DNA from: Alphaproteobacteria bacterium
GTDB lineage: Bacteria > Pseudomonadota > Alphaproteobacteria > CAAHEQ01 > UBA3637
Assembly: GCA_017647405.1 (NCBI GenBank)
Contig: JAGCKR010000018.1
Span: 5,056 to 69,055 of the forward strand
Length of the DNA: 64,000 bases
Direction of reading: 5' to 3'
Part shown: positions 9,152-16,533 of the stretch, piece by piece
Position numbering within the stretch: position 1 is the stretch's first letter
Layout of the letters: each line of letters begins with the position of its first letter
Program-made: the position numbers and the translations under genes
Notes under the pieces: generated by a model
The model's database searches: none
The model's input: only the letters and a program-made list of their open reading frames with translations
Told to the model about the DNA's origin: nothing

Positions 9152-9949
9152 TTAGCGCACAAACATATTTTTAATTTTTAAATATATATCTGCAACTGTT
9201 GACTTTTTCTTATCAGGTGTTTCCTGTTTATTTTGCTGTTTTAAAAGAGTTTCATCTTTTTTGCTTAACAATAAGGCTTTTTTTCTATGTTGCAAAACTT
9301 CTTTTTTCGGAAGCTCCAAAATCTCACCTAACTGTTCACCATGTTTCCAAATGCCTATTAAAAGAGATCTGCCGGCATAGTAACCTTCCTCATTATCTTT
9401 AAAATAATCGCTCGTTCGCTGTTCAGTAGAGTCAACAAGTTCTTCCGTTAATGAACTTATCCCTTGTTTTTTCATTTCTGCTTGCATTAAACGGCCCCAA
9501 TGCTCGGCAAATTTTATTCCTTTTTCTGAATATTGCGCGGTAAATGAGGGAGCATTAATACAATCTAATTGTTCATTTTCAATCAAAGCCTCATCCAGTT
9601 TATTTTGCTGTTGTATCCTTTCAGCTTTTTCTGCCGCTTCTTTCAACCTGATCGGTTCTTGTTTTTTTTCATATTCCAAAAGAGCTGTTCGAGCCAGCTG
9701 TACACCCTCATCAAGCGTTGTATCTTTATTAATTTTAAACACACCCCCATTAAAGGTTGCCTGTATTTCATAATCTTTTTCTTTTTTGGCAATCTCAATC
9801 ATATTGGCAACAGTATCATGAATAGTATAATCACGTTCCCCCACATGATTTTCAAGCGGATCATAGATAATTAATTTGTTTTTTTCATCAAACCGATAAT
9901 GACGCCCTTCTTTTATTTTTTTCATATCAACACGTGCAAAATCAACCAT
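9152..9949 (-). CDS. Hypothetical protein (Lys/Glu-rich, coiled-coil-like middle)
   Basis: 265-aa ORF with no recognisable domain. Confidence 0.55.
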   Translation of the reverse strand: MVDFARVDMKKIKEGRHYRFDEKNKLIIYDPLENHVGERDYTIHDTVANMIEIAKKEKDYEIQATFNGGVFKINKDTTLDEGVQLARTALLEYEKKQEPIRLKEAAEKAERIQQQNKLDEALIENEQLDCINAPSFTAQYSEKGIKFAEHWGRLMQAEMKKQGISSLTEELVDSTEQRTSDYFKDNEEGYYAGRSLLIGIWKHGEQLGEILELPKKEVLQHRKKALLLSKKDETLLKQQNKQETPDKKKSTVADIYLKIKNMFVR

Positions 9950-10010
9950 CCCAACCTCCTTAAAAATATATTCTGTCAGAAAATGTTATTATGACTTATT
10001 TTTATTGTCA

Positions 10011-10213
10011 ACAAAAAAACCACCCTAACTGGCGGATTTTTCTCGCTTAAAAAGAATGAATTTTAAATGCCAAACAAGCTATCCTGCACTTGAACCACTC
10101 TTATAAACATCGTTTACTTAAAACACACTAAATCAATTCATTCATTCGCCGAACCCATCTAGCCCTCAGCCAATAAAAAAACCGCCCTAAATGGCGGCTT
10201 TTTTATTGGCTGG
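10011..10213. repeat. Degenerate palindrome (10011-10039), B-type unit and palindrome P2 (10168-10213): left-hand copy of the tRNA-Gln-associated repeat
   Basis: ...GGCGGATTTTTCTCGCTTAA...ATCCTGCACTTGAACC...CATTCGCCGAACCCATCTAGCCCTCAGCCAATAAAAAAACCGCCCTAAATGGCGGCTTTTTTATTGGCTGG aligns by eye with the units at 14490-14839. Confidence 0.6.
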
Positions 10214-10239
10214 AGAGGTCTGGTAATACACGGACTTTA

Positions 10240-10755
10240 TTATTTTACTTTCTGAATATATTTGGGTGGAATAACGCCACCTTTGATAACGATAAGATAG
10301 TAACGAATAAAAGCAAAACGCCATCCCTTTTCATCATCTAAAATAGTGTAATCATTCGCTGTAAAATCAATTTCAGTTAAATCAGAAATTTTATATAAGC
10401 CTTCATCATTTTTATTTTGAGGTTCTTTTTCCAACACAGAAGGACTCACATAAACGGCTTCTATCAACCCATCTTTTTTAAGGGCGGAAATATCAATTTT
10501 AAATAAATCTGATGTTTCTATAAATTTCCTTATGCTAGGTGTGTTTTGAGTGTGTTGCAGTGGTTCAATCAATAACCTAATGCCTCGGCTACGTCCGGCA
10601 AAGCAACTTTCCATCCACTTCACGATATCTGAATGTATCGTTTTTCCTGAACGTTTTATATAGTAATTAATATCTGCTTTTGGATTTTTGGCAAAAGACA
10701 GAATCCCTTCTGATAAAACATTATTCCTTTTTGCAACATAATGGTAAAGATACAT
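10240..10755 (-). CDS. Hypothetical protein (orphan cargo gene)
   Basis: 171-aa ORF with an AAAGGATG-type SD region upstream, terminated by palindrome P2. No domain recognised with confidence. Confidence 0.55.
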   Translation of the reverse strand: MYLYHYVAKRNNVLSEGILSFAKNPKADINYYIKRSGKTIHSDIVKWMESCFAGRSRGIRLLIEPLQHTQNTPSIRKFIETSDLFKIDISALKKDGLIEAVYVSPSVLEKEPQNKNDEGLYKISDLTEIDFTANDYTILDDEKGWRFAFIRYYLIVIKGGVIPPKYIQKVK

Positions 10756-10817
10756 ACTATTTCATCCTTTTTTGTTTTATGTTATACTTAAATATTATAA
10801 AAATCAACTATAATTAC

Positions 10818-11103
10818 CATCTGCAATCTCTGAGATAAAATTTTGACATTCCAAGACAGAAGCATTGTAAAATAAGGCTTTTTGGGATTTTAAGTCCGTG
10901 TAAGGCTGAAAAAGATGCATTTTGAAAAACACCGTACACGGACCAGAATAAGTGATTGTAAAATAAAGACTGCGCAAATAAAAACAATCCAGCGAATTGT
11001 TTTTATGCGTAAAGCAATGAAACACAATGAATTCAAGTGGCAACGCAAAATGAATTGATGTCGGAATTGAAGCTATTTTTAGCGACTTATCTGTTTTGGC
11101 TGG
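10818..11103. repeat. Repeat A, copy 1 (~286 bp)
   Basis: Aligns by eye with 14202-14489 over its full length and with 12819-12970 over its right part. I count only 3 substitutions versus copy 3 in the right ~140 bp. Confidence 0.75.
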
Positions 11104-11175
11104 AAACGATGTACGGTTTGCGAACCTTGTATCTTCTTATTTAGAATTCGATATTAGTTTATTCACTTCCAGTAC

Positions 11176-11715
11176 TTATAAGCTTTGATCTTTAGCATAC
11201 TTTGCCAACATAATAGCTTTTGCAACTTCACTTTGATGTTTAGCTATATCTTTTTGAGATTTGGTTATTTCTCCAGTAGATGAATTTCCTGTTTTACCTA
11301 ATGATTCTGGATTATAATCATAAGAATATAGAGTTGCTTTCATGAAACGTTCTTTATTGCTTGTAAGTGTCTCATGAATTGTTTTTCTTTCAATTTTTTT
11401 ATTTACATCTGCGCCACTTTTTATAAGAAAAGAAACTGTTTCCCAAGAATGGGGGGCGGCGGCATTTGCTAAAGGTGTATATCCTCTATGGTCTAATTCA
11501 TCTATATCTATAACTCCAGTATTTAAGAGTTGCTTCATTTTATTCTTGTCATTTTTGCGTGCTAAACTATGTATAAGCGGTGTAGGTTGATCATAAGTAT
11601 TAAGAATATTTGCTTGTTTTATAACTTCAGAATTTGTGTGCTCCATAATATAGGAAAATATTTCATCTGTAGAATTAATTGAAAAAGATATAGGATGAGA
11701 GTATTGTTTTTGCAT
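11176..11715 (-). CDS. Ankyrin-repeat protein
   Basis: ANK consensus stretches (TPLIHSLARKNDKNKMKQLLNTG; GYTPLANAA...SFLIKSGADVNKK). Confidence 0.8.
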   Translation of the reverse strand: MQKQYSHPISFSINSTDEIFSYIMEHTNSEVIKQANILNTYDQPTPLIHSLARKNDKNKMKQLLNTGVIDIDELDHRGYTPLANAAAPHSWETVSFLIKSGADVNKKIERKTIHETLTSNKERFMKATLYSYDYNPESLGKTGNSSTGEITKSQKDIAKHQSEVAKAIMLAKYAKDQSL

Positions 11716-11855
11716 TAAAAGAGGACGTTAAAATCATATCCTTCTTTATGAAGACTTATAACTGTTTCTAGATTATTATAGGTGATAGCCTTAATAAGTC
11801 TACACTCATTAGATTTTCTTTTAACTTGCGTTAGTTTATCGAGGACATTAGTCAT
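11715..11855 (-). CDS. 46-codon ORF with an ankyrin-like segment, stop overlapping the start of the downstream ankyrin gene (TAATG)
   Basis: MTNVLDKLTQVKRKSNECRLIKAITYNNLETVISLHKEGYDFNVLF. The AI..NNLE.V..L...G.D.N pattern is ANK-like. It may be a split N-terminus of 11176..11715. Confidence 0.35.
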   Translation of the reverse strand: MTNVLDKLTQVKRKSNECRLIKAITYNNLETVISLHKEGYDFNVLF

Positions 11856-12036
11856 ATTAAAATAACTCTATATAAAGTGATTACATGCATATTCCAAATC
11901 TATGGAGAAAAGTCAATAAAATATTACAATTTATAGCTAACCTTAGAAGCCTGTACGCAAATATAGAGTTTATTATTGCGTTAAGATATATTTTGTGGTA
12001 TATGTTTATAAGTGTAATTTATAATCAGTATTAAAA

Positions 12037-12534
12037 ATGTTAAGGTTTCAAAATTTAGTTATTAGAAAAGCGCAAATAACGGATGTTCCTCAATTGGTTT
12101 CTTGGTGGAACGATGGAAAAGTTATGGCGCATGCTGGTTTTCCAAACGGATTAGGTACAACTTCGGAAAAAGTAATATCTCTTCTACAAAAAGATACAGA
12201 GGATAGATGTCATTTTATAATTGAAATAGATAATGCTTCTGTAGGAGAAATGCATTATAAAAAAATAAAAGACTTTTATGTGGAAATTGGTATTAAGATT
12301 TGTGAACAAGATTTTCAAAATAAAGGATTTGGAAAAAAGATTTTATCTCTTTTTATTCAAGAGTTATTTCATAATAAATGTTATAAAATAATTCAGATTA
12401 ATGTCTCAAATGCAAACAATATTGCAAAACATGTGTATACACAGTTAGGGTTTAAAGAAAAATTTAAAGCCGCAGATCTATCTTATGTACAATATGAACT
12501 TGCTTTAGCTGATTTTGTTAGTTATTTAAGGTAA
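12037..12534 (+). CDS. GNAT family N-acetyltransferase
   Basis: Acetyl-CoA binding motif A (QNKGFGKKILSLFIQ) and typical ~165-aa length. Confidence 0.85.
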   Translation: MLRFQNLVIRKAQITDVPQLVSWWNDGKVMAHAGFPNGLGTTSEKVISLLQKDTEDRCHFIIEIDNASVGEMHYKKIKDFYVEIGIKICEQDFQNKGFGKKILSLFIQELFHNKCYKIIQINVSNANNIAKHVYTQLGFKEKFKAADLSYVQYELALADFVSYLR

Positions 12535-12818
12535 ATGTTTTATACAAGTAAAGCTTATGTTAATTTTAGCAGAAGATAAATGTTATCAAGCAGTTAGATT
12601 TGAATTATTAAATACAATATATACTTACTCAGTAAAAAAGATTGCATAAACATTTTTTATTAAATATTTTTTATTTAACCTATGCAAAAATTCGCAGAGG
12701 TTCATTTTTCTGCTCAAAAAAGGCTGAAATTTGCTAAGCTATTGAAAAATATAGAAGCAAGTTCGAAGATGTTGCAAAACAAGCCTTCAAAATATATTCA
12801 TCTTCGAACTAATTCAAA

Positions 12819-12970
12819 TGCTTGTAAAATAAAAACTGCGCAAATAAAAACAATCCAACAAATTGTTTTTATGCGTAAAGCAATGAGACACAATGAATTC
12901 AAGTGGCAACGCAAAATGAATTGATGTCGGAATTGAAGCTATTTCTAGCGACTTATCTGTTTTGCCTGGG
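12819..12970. repeat. Repeat A, copy 2 (right ~150 bp well conserved; sequence further left to ~12690 is only weakly similar)
   Basis: I count 3 substitutions versus copy 3 across GCTTGTAAAATAAA...GCGACTTATCTGTT. Confidence 0.7.
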
Positions 12971-13146
12971 CTACCATGGATTGTGAAATGACTTCGCACA
13001 TTTCATCGCGCGCTTATGCTTGCGACCGCCCAAAGGCGTCTCTCACTCGGATACAAATGAATCCTCGTTCACCGAACATTGGTTCTCGCCCGAGATACCA
13101 AACCAATAACCCCCCCCCCGATAAACGGGGGATTTTTATTGGCTGG
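12971..13146. repeat. Diverged B-type unit (B') ending in palindrome P3 (13103-13146)
   Basis: Same order of elements as 14490-14665: two hairpins, the conserved GCGCTTATGCTTG segment, a CGAAC-containing tRNA-like remnant, then CCAATAACCCCCCCCCCG-ATAAA-CGGGGGATTTTTATTGGCTGG. Confidence 0.5.
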
Positions 13147-13362
13147 ACTTTCTGTACAATATACAAACTACTTGGGATAGGTAAATGAGTATTTTTTAAG
13201 TCGCTCATTCAGTAAAATACAGCAAATGTAATTAAATCATAGTTTTAAACACGCCATAAATTAAATCAATTTCCGGAACTAAATTTAAAATTTAGCATTG
13301 CAATTTTCGGTTTTGTATGTTAGCTTGAAACGGAAGCCACTAAAATAAAAGGAGAATAACAG

Positions 13363-13974
13363 ATGTCTTTTGAATTGATAAATCCAACTCTTGAATACCA
13401 GGAATCTTTTTTAAGATTTGTGGATGAATTGGTGGAAGCTAAGGATCCGTTTTTTGGTCAATATACAAAATATGCCTCTTTCGATAAAAAACAATTGAAA
13501 GAAAATTTTTATTCCTATAAGGTGAAGCCTCTACTAGATGCCCAAGCCGGAATTGGTTTAAAAGAAGGACATGTACCAGACAGCACGTTATGGCTTGTGG
13601 ACACAAATACAAAAGACATTCTGGGGCGTTTTAGTATTCGCCACAGATTAACACCTGCCCTTAGCGAGTTTGGGGGGCATATTGGGTATGTTATTCGACC
13701 GTCTGCCAGAAAGCACGGTTATGCAAAAATTGGTTTGGATTTATCCTTGGACTATTGTCGTGAGAAACTGAGCCTGCCTGAAATTCTGGTAACTTGTGAT
13801 GCCAGAAATGAGGCCTCTTATCGGACAATTATTGGAAGAATGAACGAATGGGGCGGAAGAATTGAAACACCTTTAGCTTTAAAAGACTGTGATATTTTTA
13901 AATCCAATCCTTATCATCCCATTAATAAAAATAACATAGAGTTACGATTTTGGTTAAAAACAAATAAAAAATAA
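13363..13974 (+). CDS. GNAT-like acetyltransferase
   Basis: GHIGYVIRPSARKHGYAKIGLDLSLDY matches the GNAT motif A region. AAGGAG SD upstream. Confidence 0.7.
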   Translation: MSFELINPTLEYQESFLRFVDELVEAKDPFFGQYTKYASFDKKQLKENFYSYKVKPLLDAQAGIGLKEGHVPDSTLWLVDTNTKDILGRFSIRHRLTPALSEFGGHIGYVIRPSARKHGYAKIGLDLSLDYCREKLSLPEILVTCDARNEASYRTIIGRMNEWGGRIETPLALKDCDIFKSNPYHPINKNNIELRFWLKTNKK

Positions 13975-14201
13975 TTCAATATCTGTAAGTGATTATGGGG
14001 TGGGTTTTAAGTTTTTTTGGAGACAGTTATTTTTTTGTTGACTTTTTTCTAAAAATGATATAAGTTCATTTCATCAACACCTGATTAAAAGTTTGAAGTA
14101 TTTCTTTTTGTGTTTGTCAAAATAACCTTGACTTTATAAAAATCGAGGTTAGGTACATAAAAAAAACAATGTGCAACATCACATCAAACATAGTTCAAAG
14201 G

Positions 14202-14489
14202 CATCTTCCTCTCTCTGGGATAAAAATTTGACATCCCAAGACAGAAGTATTGAAAAATAAGGATTTTTTGAAAATAAAGTCCGTGTAGGGCTGAAAAACA
14301 GGCTTTTTGAAAAACGCTGTACACGGACCAGAATAAGTGCTTGTAAAATAAAGACTGCGCAAATAAAAACAATCCAGCGAATTGTTTTTATGCGTAAAGC
14401 AATGAGACACAATGAATTCAAGTGGCAACGCAAAATGAATTGATGTCGGAATTGAAGCTATTTCTAGCGACTTATCTGTTATCCCTAAA
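14202..14489. repeat. Repeat A, copy 3 (~288 bp)
   Basis: Full-length match to copy 1. It contains hairpins GTCCGTGTA...TACACGGAC and AAAAACAAT-CCAGCGA-ATTGTTTTT. Confidence 0.75.
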
Positions 14490-14839
14490 GGTGGCTGGAT
14501 TGTAAATTGCAAGCAATTTATCCTGCGCTTAGGCTTGAACCGTCCTTGCGGACGTCGTTCGCCTTCGGCTCACCGAACCAACTTCATTCCATTCGTTGGG
14601 CCGAACCAATCTATCCCCAGCCAATAAAAAAACCGCCCTAAATGGCGGCTTTTTTAACCGCTTAAGGTGGCTGGATTGTAAATTGCAAGCAATTTATCCT
14701 GCGCTTGCGCTTGGACCGTCCTTGCGGACGTCTACTTCGCTAACGCTCCGTGAACGAACCAACTACTCCCGTTGCTTCGAACCAGTTACTCTCAGCCAAT
14801 AAAAAAACCGCCCTAAATGGCGGCTTTTTTATTGGCTGG
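14490..14839. repeat. Two tandem B units (14490-14665, 14666-14839), each ending in a palindrome (P4 ~14618-14660, P5 14793-14839), abutting tRNA-Gln
   Basis: Both units start with GGTGGCTGGATT, which equals the first 12 nt (plus strand) of the tRNA-Gln gene at 14840. Both contain a degenerate inverted copy of the tRNA 3' half (14585-14623; 14768-14798). Confidence 0.75.
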
Positions 14840-14907
14840 GGTGGCTGGATTCGAACCAACGAATGGCGGAATCAGAATCCGCTGCCTTACCACTTGGCGA
14901 CACCCCA
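14833..14907 (-). tRNA. tRNA-Gln (anticodon CTG), CCA encoded
   Basis: The reverse complement TGGGGTGTCGCCAAGTGGTAAGGCAGCGGATTCTGATTCCGCCATTCGTTGGTTCGAATCCAGCCACCCCAGCCA folds as a cloverleaf. The anticodon loop is TTCTGAT. It closely resembles E. coli tRNA-Gln as I remember it. Confidence 0.9.
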
Positions 14908-14958
14908 AATCTTTTTCCCTATTTACTCTCTTTTTTATTAAATTGCAAGAACTTTTTT

Positions 14959-15246
14959 CTAATCTTCCCCAAATCGGTTATTTATCAAGTTTTTTAAGCT
15001 TTCTATCGCTTCATCGGAATCGGGACCCACCGCTTTTATCTCAATCTCATCACCCAAAGGAACCCCTAACATCAAAATTCCCATAATCGACTTGCCGGAA
15101 ACCGTTACCCCTTCTTTATTCGTTATCGTAATATCAGATTGAAATTTTTCGGCTTCTTTTACAAAACTGGCTGTTGCCCGTGCATGCAAACCTTTTAAAT
15201 TTTGAATCGTAATTTTTAAACTATTTTCTTTCATCTTATGAATCAA
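14959..15246 (-). CDS. ptsH: HPr-family phosphocarrier protein
   Basis: Active-site region GLHARATASF (His-15 equivalent) and GKSIMGILMLG motif; ~95 aa. Confidence 0.88.
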   Translation of the reverse strand: MIHKMKENSLKITIQNLKGLHARATASFVKEAEKFQSDITITNKEGVTVSGKSIMGILMLGVPLGDEIEIKAVGPDSDEAIESLKNLINNRFGED

Positions 15247-15637
15247 GCTTTAATAAATGAGAGGCTATATTAATATACTTTCTTCCCGCTTCCTGCGCAT
15301 CCACAACCGCATCCGCAATCGTTTCATTGCGCTCACGAACTAATTTAACCAAAAGCGGAATATTCATGCCGGAAATTACTTCAATGTTTCTTTCTTCCAT
15401 AATGGAAATCGCTAAATTAGAAGGCGTTCCCCCAAACATATCCGTTACCACAACAACCCCATCCCCTTTATCAGCTAAAGAGGTTTTTTCCAAAATTTCA
15501 TGGCGTTTCTTTTCCATATCGTCAGTCACTTCAATGCCAACGCATTCAATCCCTTCTTGTTTTCCAACAACGTGCTCAACAACAGAAAGCATTTCTTGTG
15601 CCAAATTGCAATGCGCAACCAGAACAATACCAATCAT
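15236..15637 (-). CDS. PTS EIIA component, mannose/fructose family
   Basis: N-terminal MIGIVLVAHCNLAQE with the phosphorylatable His context typical of EIIA(Man). It overlaps the HPr gene. Confidence 0.85.
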   Translation of the reverse strand: MIGIVLVAHCNLAQEMLSVVEHVVGKQEGIECVGIEVTDDMEKKRHEILEKTSLADKGDGVVVVTDMFGGTPSNLAISIMEERNIEVISGMNIPLLVKLVRERNETIADAVVDAQEAGRKYINIASHLLKLDS

Positions 15638-15646
15638 TATCTTCTC

Positions 15647-16090
15647 CTATTCTTTCAATTCCCATTCTTTTTGTATGAGCTTTATAACGGCTTTTATTTT
15701 CTTTGTCAAGGCAAAATCTGACGATAAAAAATTAAAAACTTTTATATCCACTCCAAAAAGTTTTTTTTCCTTTTCTCCATTTAAAAAATCTGTTTCTTTT
15801 TGACAAAGCCGAATAAGAACTTTCACTGCCACCGGCTCTTTTTGAAATTCAGATATCTTTAAAATCCCAAATTCCCGAATAAAAAGACATCCTTGCATTT
15901 TTTCAGGCGGCAAAGCATATAACTTATTGTTTTTTAAACACAAAAAAGTTAAATCATCACTGATAAGTTTTGCCCCTTCGTCAATCAAAGACAAAGCTAA
16001 AGAGGATTTACCGCTTTTCGGAGCTCCTTCTATCAATAACCCAATATCATTAATGGCAACAGAAGTAGCATTATAAAAAAGCTTGGTCAT
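15647..16090 (-). CDS. hprK: Short HPr kinase/phosphorylase-like protein (C-terminal kinase domain only)
   Basis: P-loop GAPKSGKSSLALSL, ~147 aa, positioned upstream of EIIA(Man) and HPr. This is the arrangement known from alphaproteobacteria. Confidence 0.8.
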   Translation of the reverse strand: MTKLFYNATSVAINDIGLLIEGAPKSGKSSLALSLIDEGAKLISDDLTFLCLKNNKLYALPPEKMQGCLFIREFGILKISEFQKEPVAVKVLIRLCQKETDFLNGEKEKKLFGVDIKVFNFLSSDFALTKKIKAVIKLIQKEWELKE

Positions 16091-16109
16091 AAATCCCCTT
16101 TAACTTCAA

Positions 16110-16186
16110 TGGCGTTCTCGGCGGGAGTCGAACCCACGGCCCCAGGATTAGGAATCCTGTGCTCTATCCATCTGAGCTACGAGAAC
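16110..16186 (-). tRNA. tRNA-Arg (anticodon CCT), CCA encoded
   Basis: The reverse complement GTTCTCGTAGCTCAGATGGATAGAGCACAGGATTCCTAATCCTGGGGCCGTGGGTTCGACTCCCGCCGAGAACGCCA folds as a cloverleaf. The anticodon loop is TTCCTAA. Confidence 0.9.
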
Positions 16187-16193
16187 AGCTCAT

Positions 16194-16457
16194 TTATTTT
16201 CCGTGAGTCATTAAAAATTCACAGAACATACGGAATAAAATGAATTCAACTGCAACAACAACCAATGTTAAGAAAGCTGAAGCAATACCGCCTGTTAATA
16301 ATTCAACCAAAGCAGCAAAAACCGTGATTGCTAAAATCACCAAACCAACCAAATAAACAATTTTTGCATACGGAGCCAAAACAGGGGCAAATTTTGATAC
16401 AAAAATCGGTTCATCCAATGTTAAAAACTTTTTCATTTCTTCTTTTTTCATTTTCAT
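16194..16457 (-). CDS. Small membrane protein (two predicted TM helices)
   Basis: 87-aa ORF with a Lys-rich N-terminus followed by hydrophobic stretches. GGAG-containing SD region upstream. Confidence 0.5.
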   Translation of the reverse strand: MKMKKEEMKKFLTLDEPIFVSKFAPVLAPYAKIVYLVGLVILAITVFAALVELLTGGIASAFLTLVVVAVEFILFRMFCEFLMTHGK

Positions 16458-16533
16458 CTCCTTTTTTAGAATCTAACAAGAAAAACATAAACTCATCAAC
16501 TGCAAATAGCAAGCATTTTTATCAAACACTTAC

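Noticed and set aside
14490-14839. A tmRNA-like reading frame in the B units. On the minus strand it starts at a GCG Ala codon and reads ANDVRKDGSSLSAG-stop, with the stop codon inside a hairpin. A similar frame, VNDVYKSGSSAG-stop, occurs in the 10.1-kb copy with several synonymous-looking differences.
   Set aside because: The frame is interrupted in B-b (TAG) and absent in B'. The tag does not end in the usual (L/V)AA. There is no tRNA-Ala-like acceptor with G3:U70 and no pseudoknot-rich body. The flanking tRNA-like pieces derive from tRNA-Gln. I therefore treat it as coincidence or a relic, not ssrA.
10804-15086. Track ORFs lying in the repeats, palindromes and tRNA-Gln: 10804..11043, 12682..12924, 12814..12999, 12976..13188, 13014..13208, 14179..14433, 14184..14372, 14195..14512, 14596..14802, 14750..14941 and 14817..15086.
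   Set aside because: They run through repeat A/B DNA or through the tRNA. They lack SD sequences, have inconsistent starts between copies and give low-complexity translations. Their conservation is explained by nucleotide-level repeat identity.
14959-16090. The hprK-EIIA(Man)-HPr trio as something unusual.
   Set aside because: A truncated HprK with EIIA(Man) and HPr is the standard regulatory PTS remnant of alphaproteobacteria. It is ordinary, apart from being flanked here by two tRNA genes.
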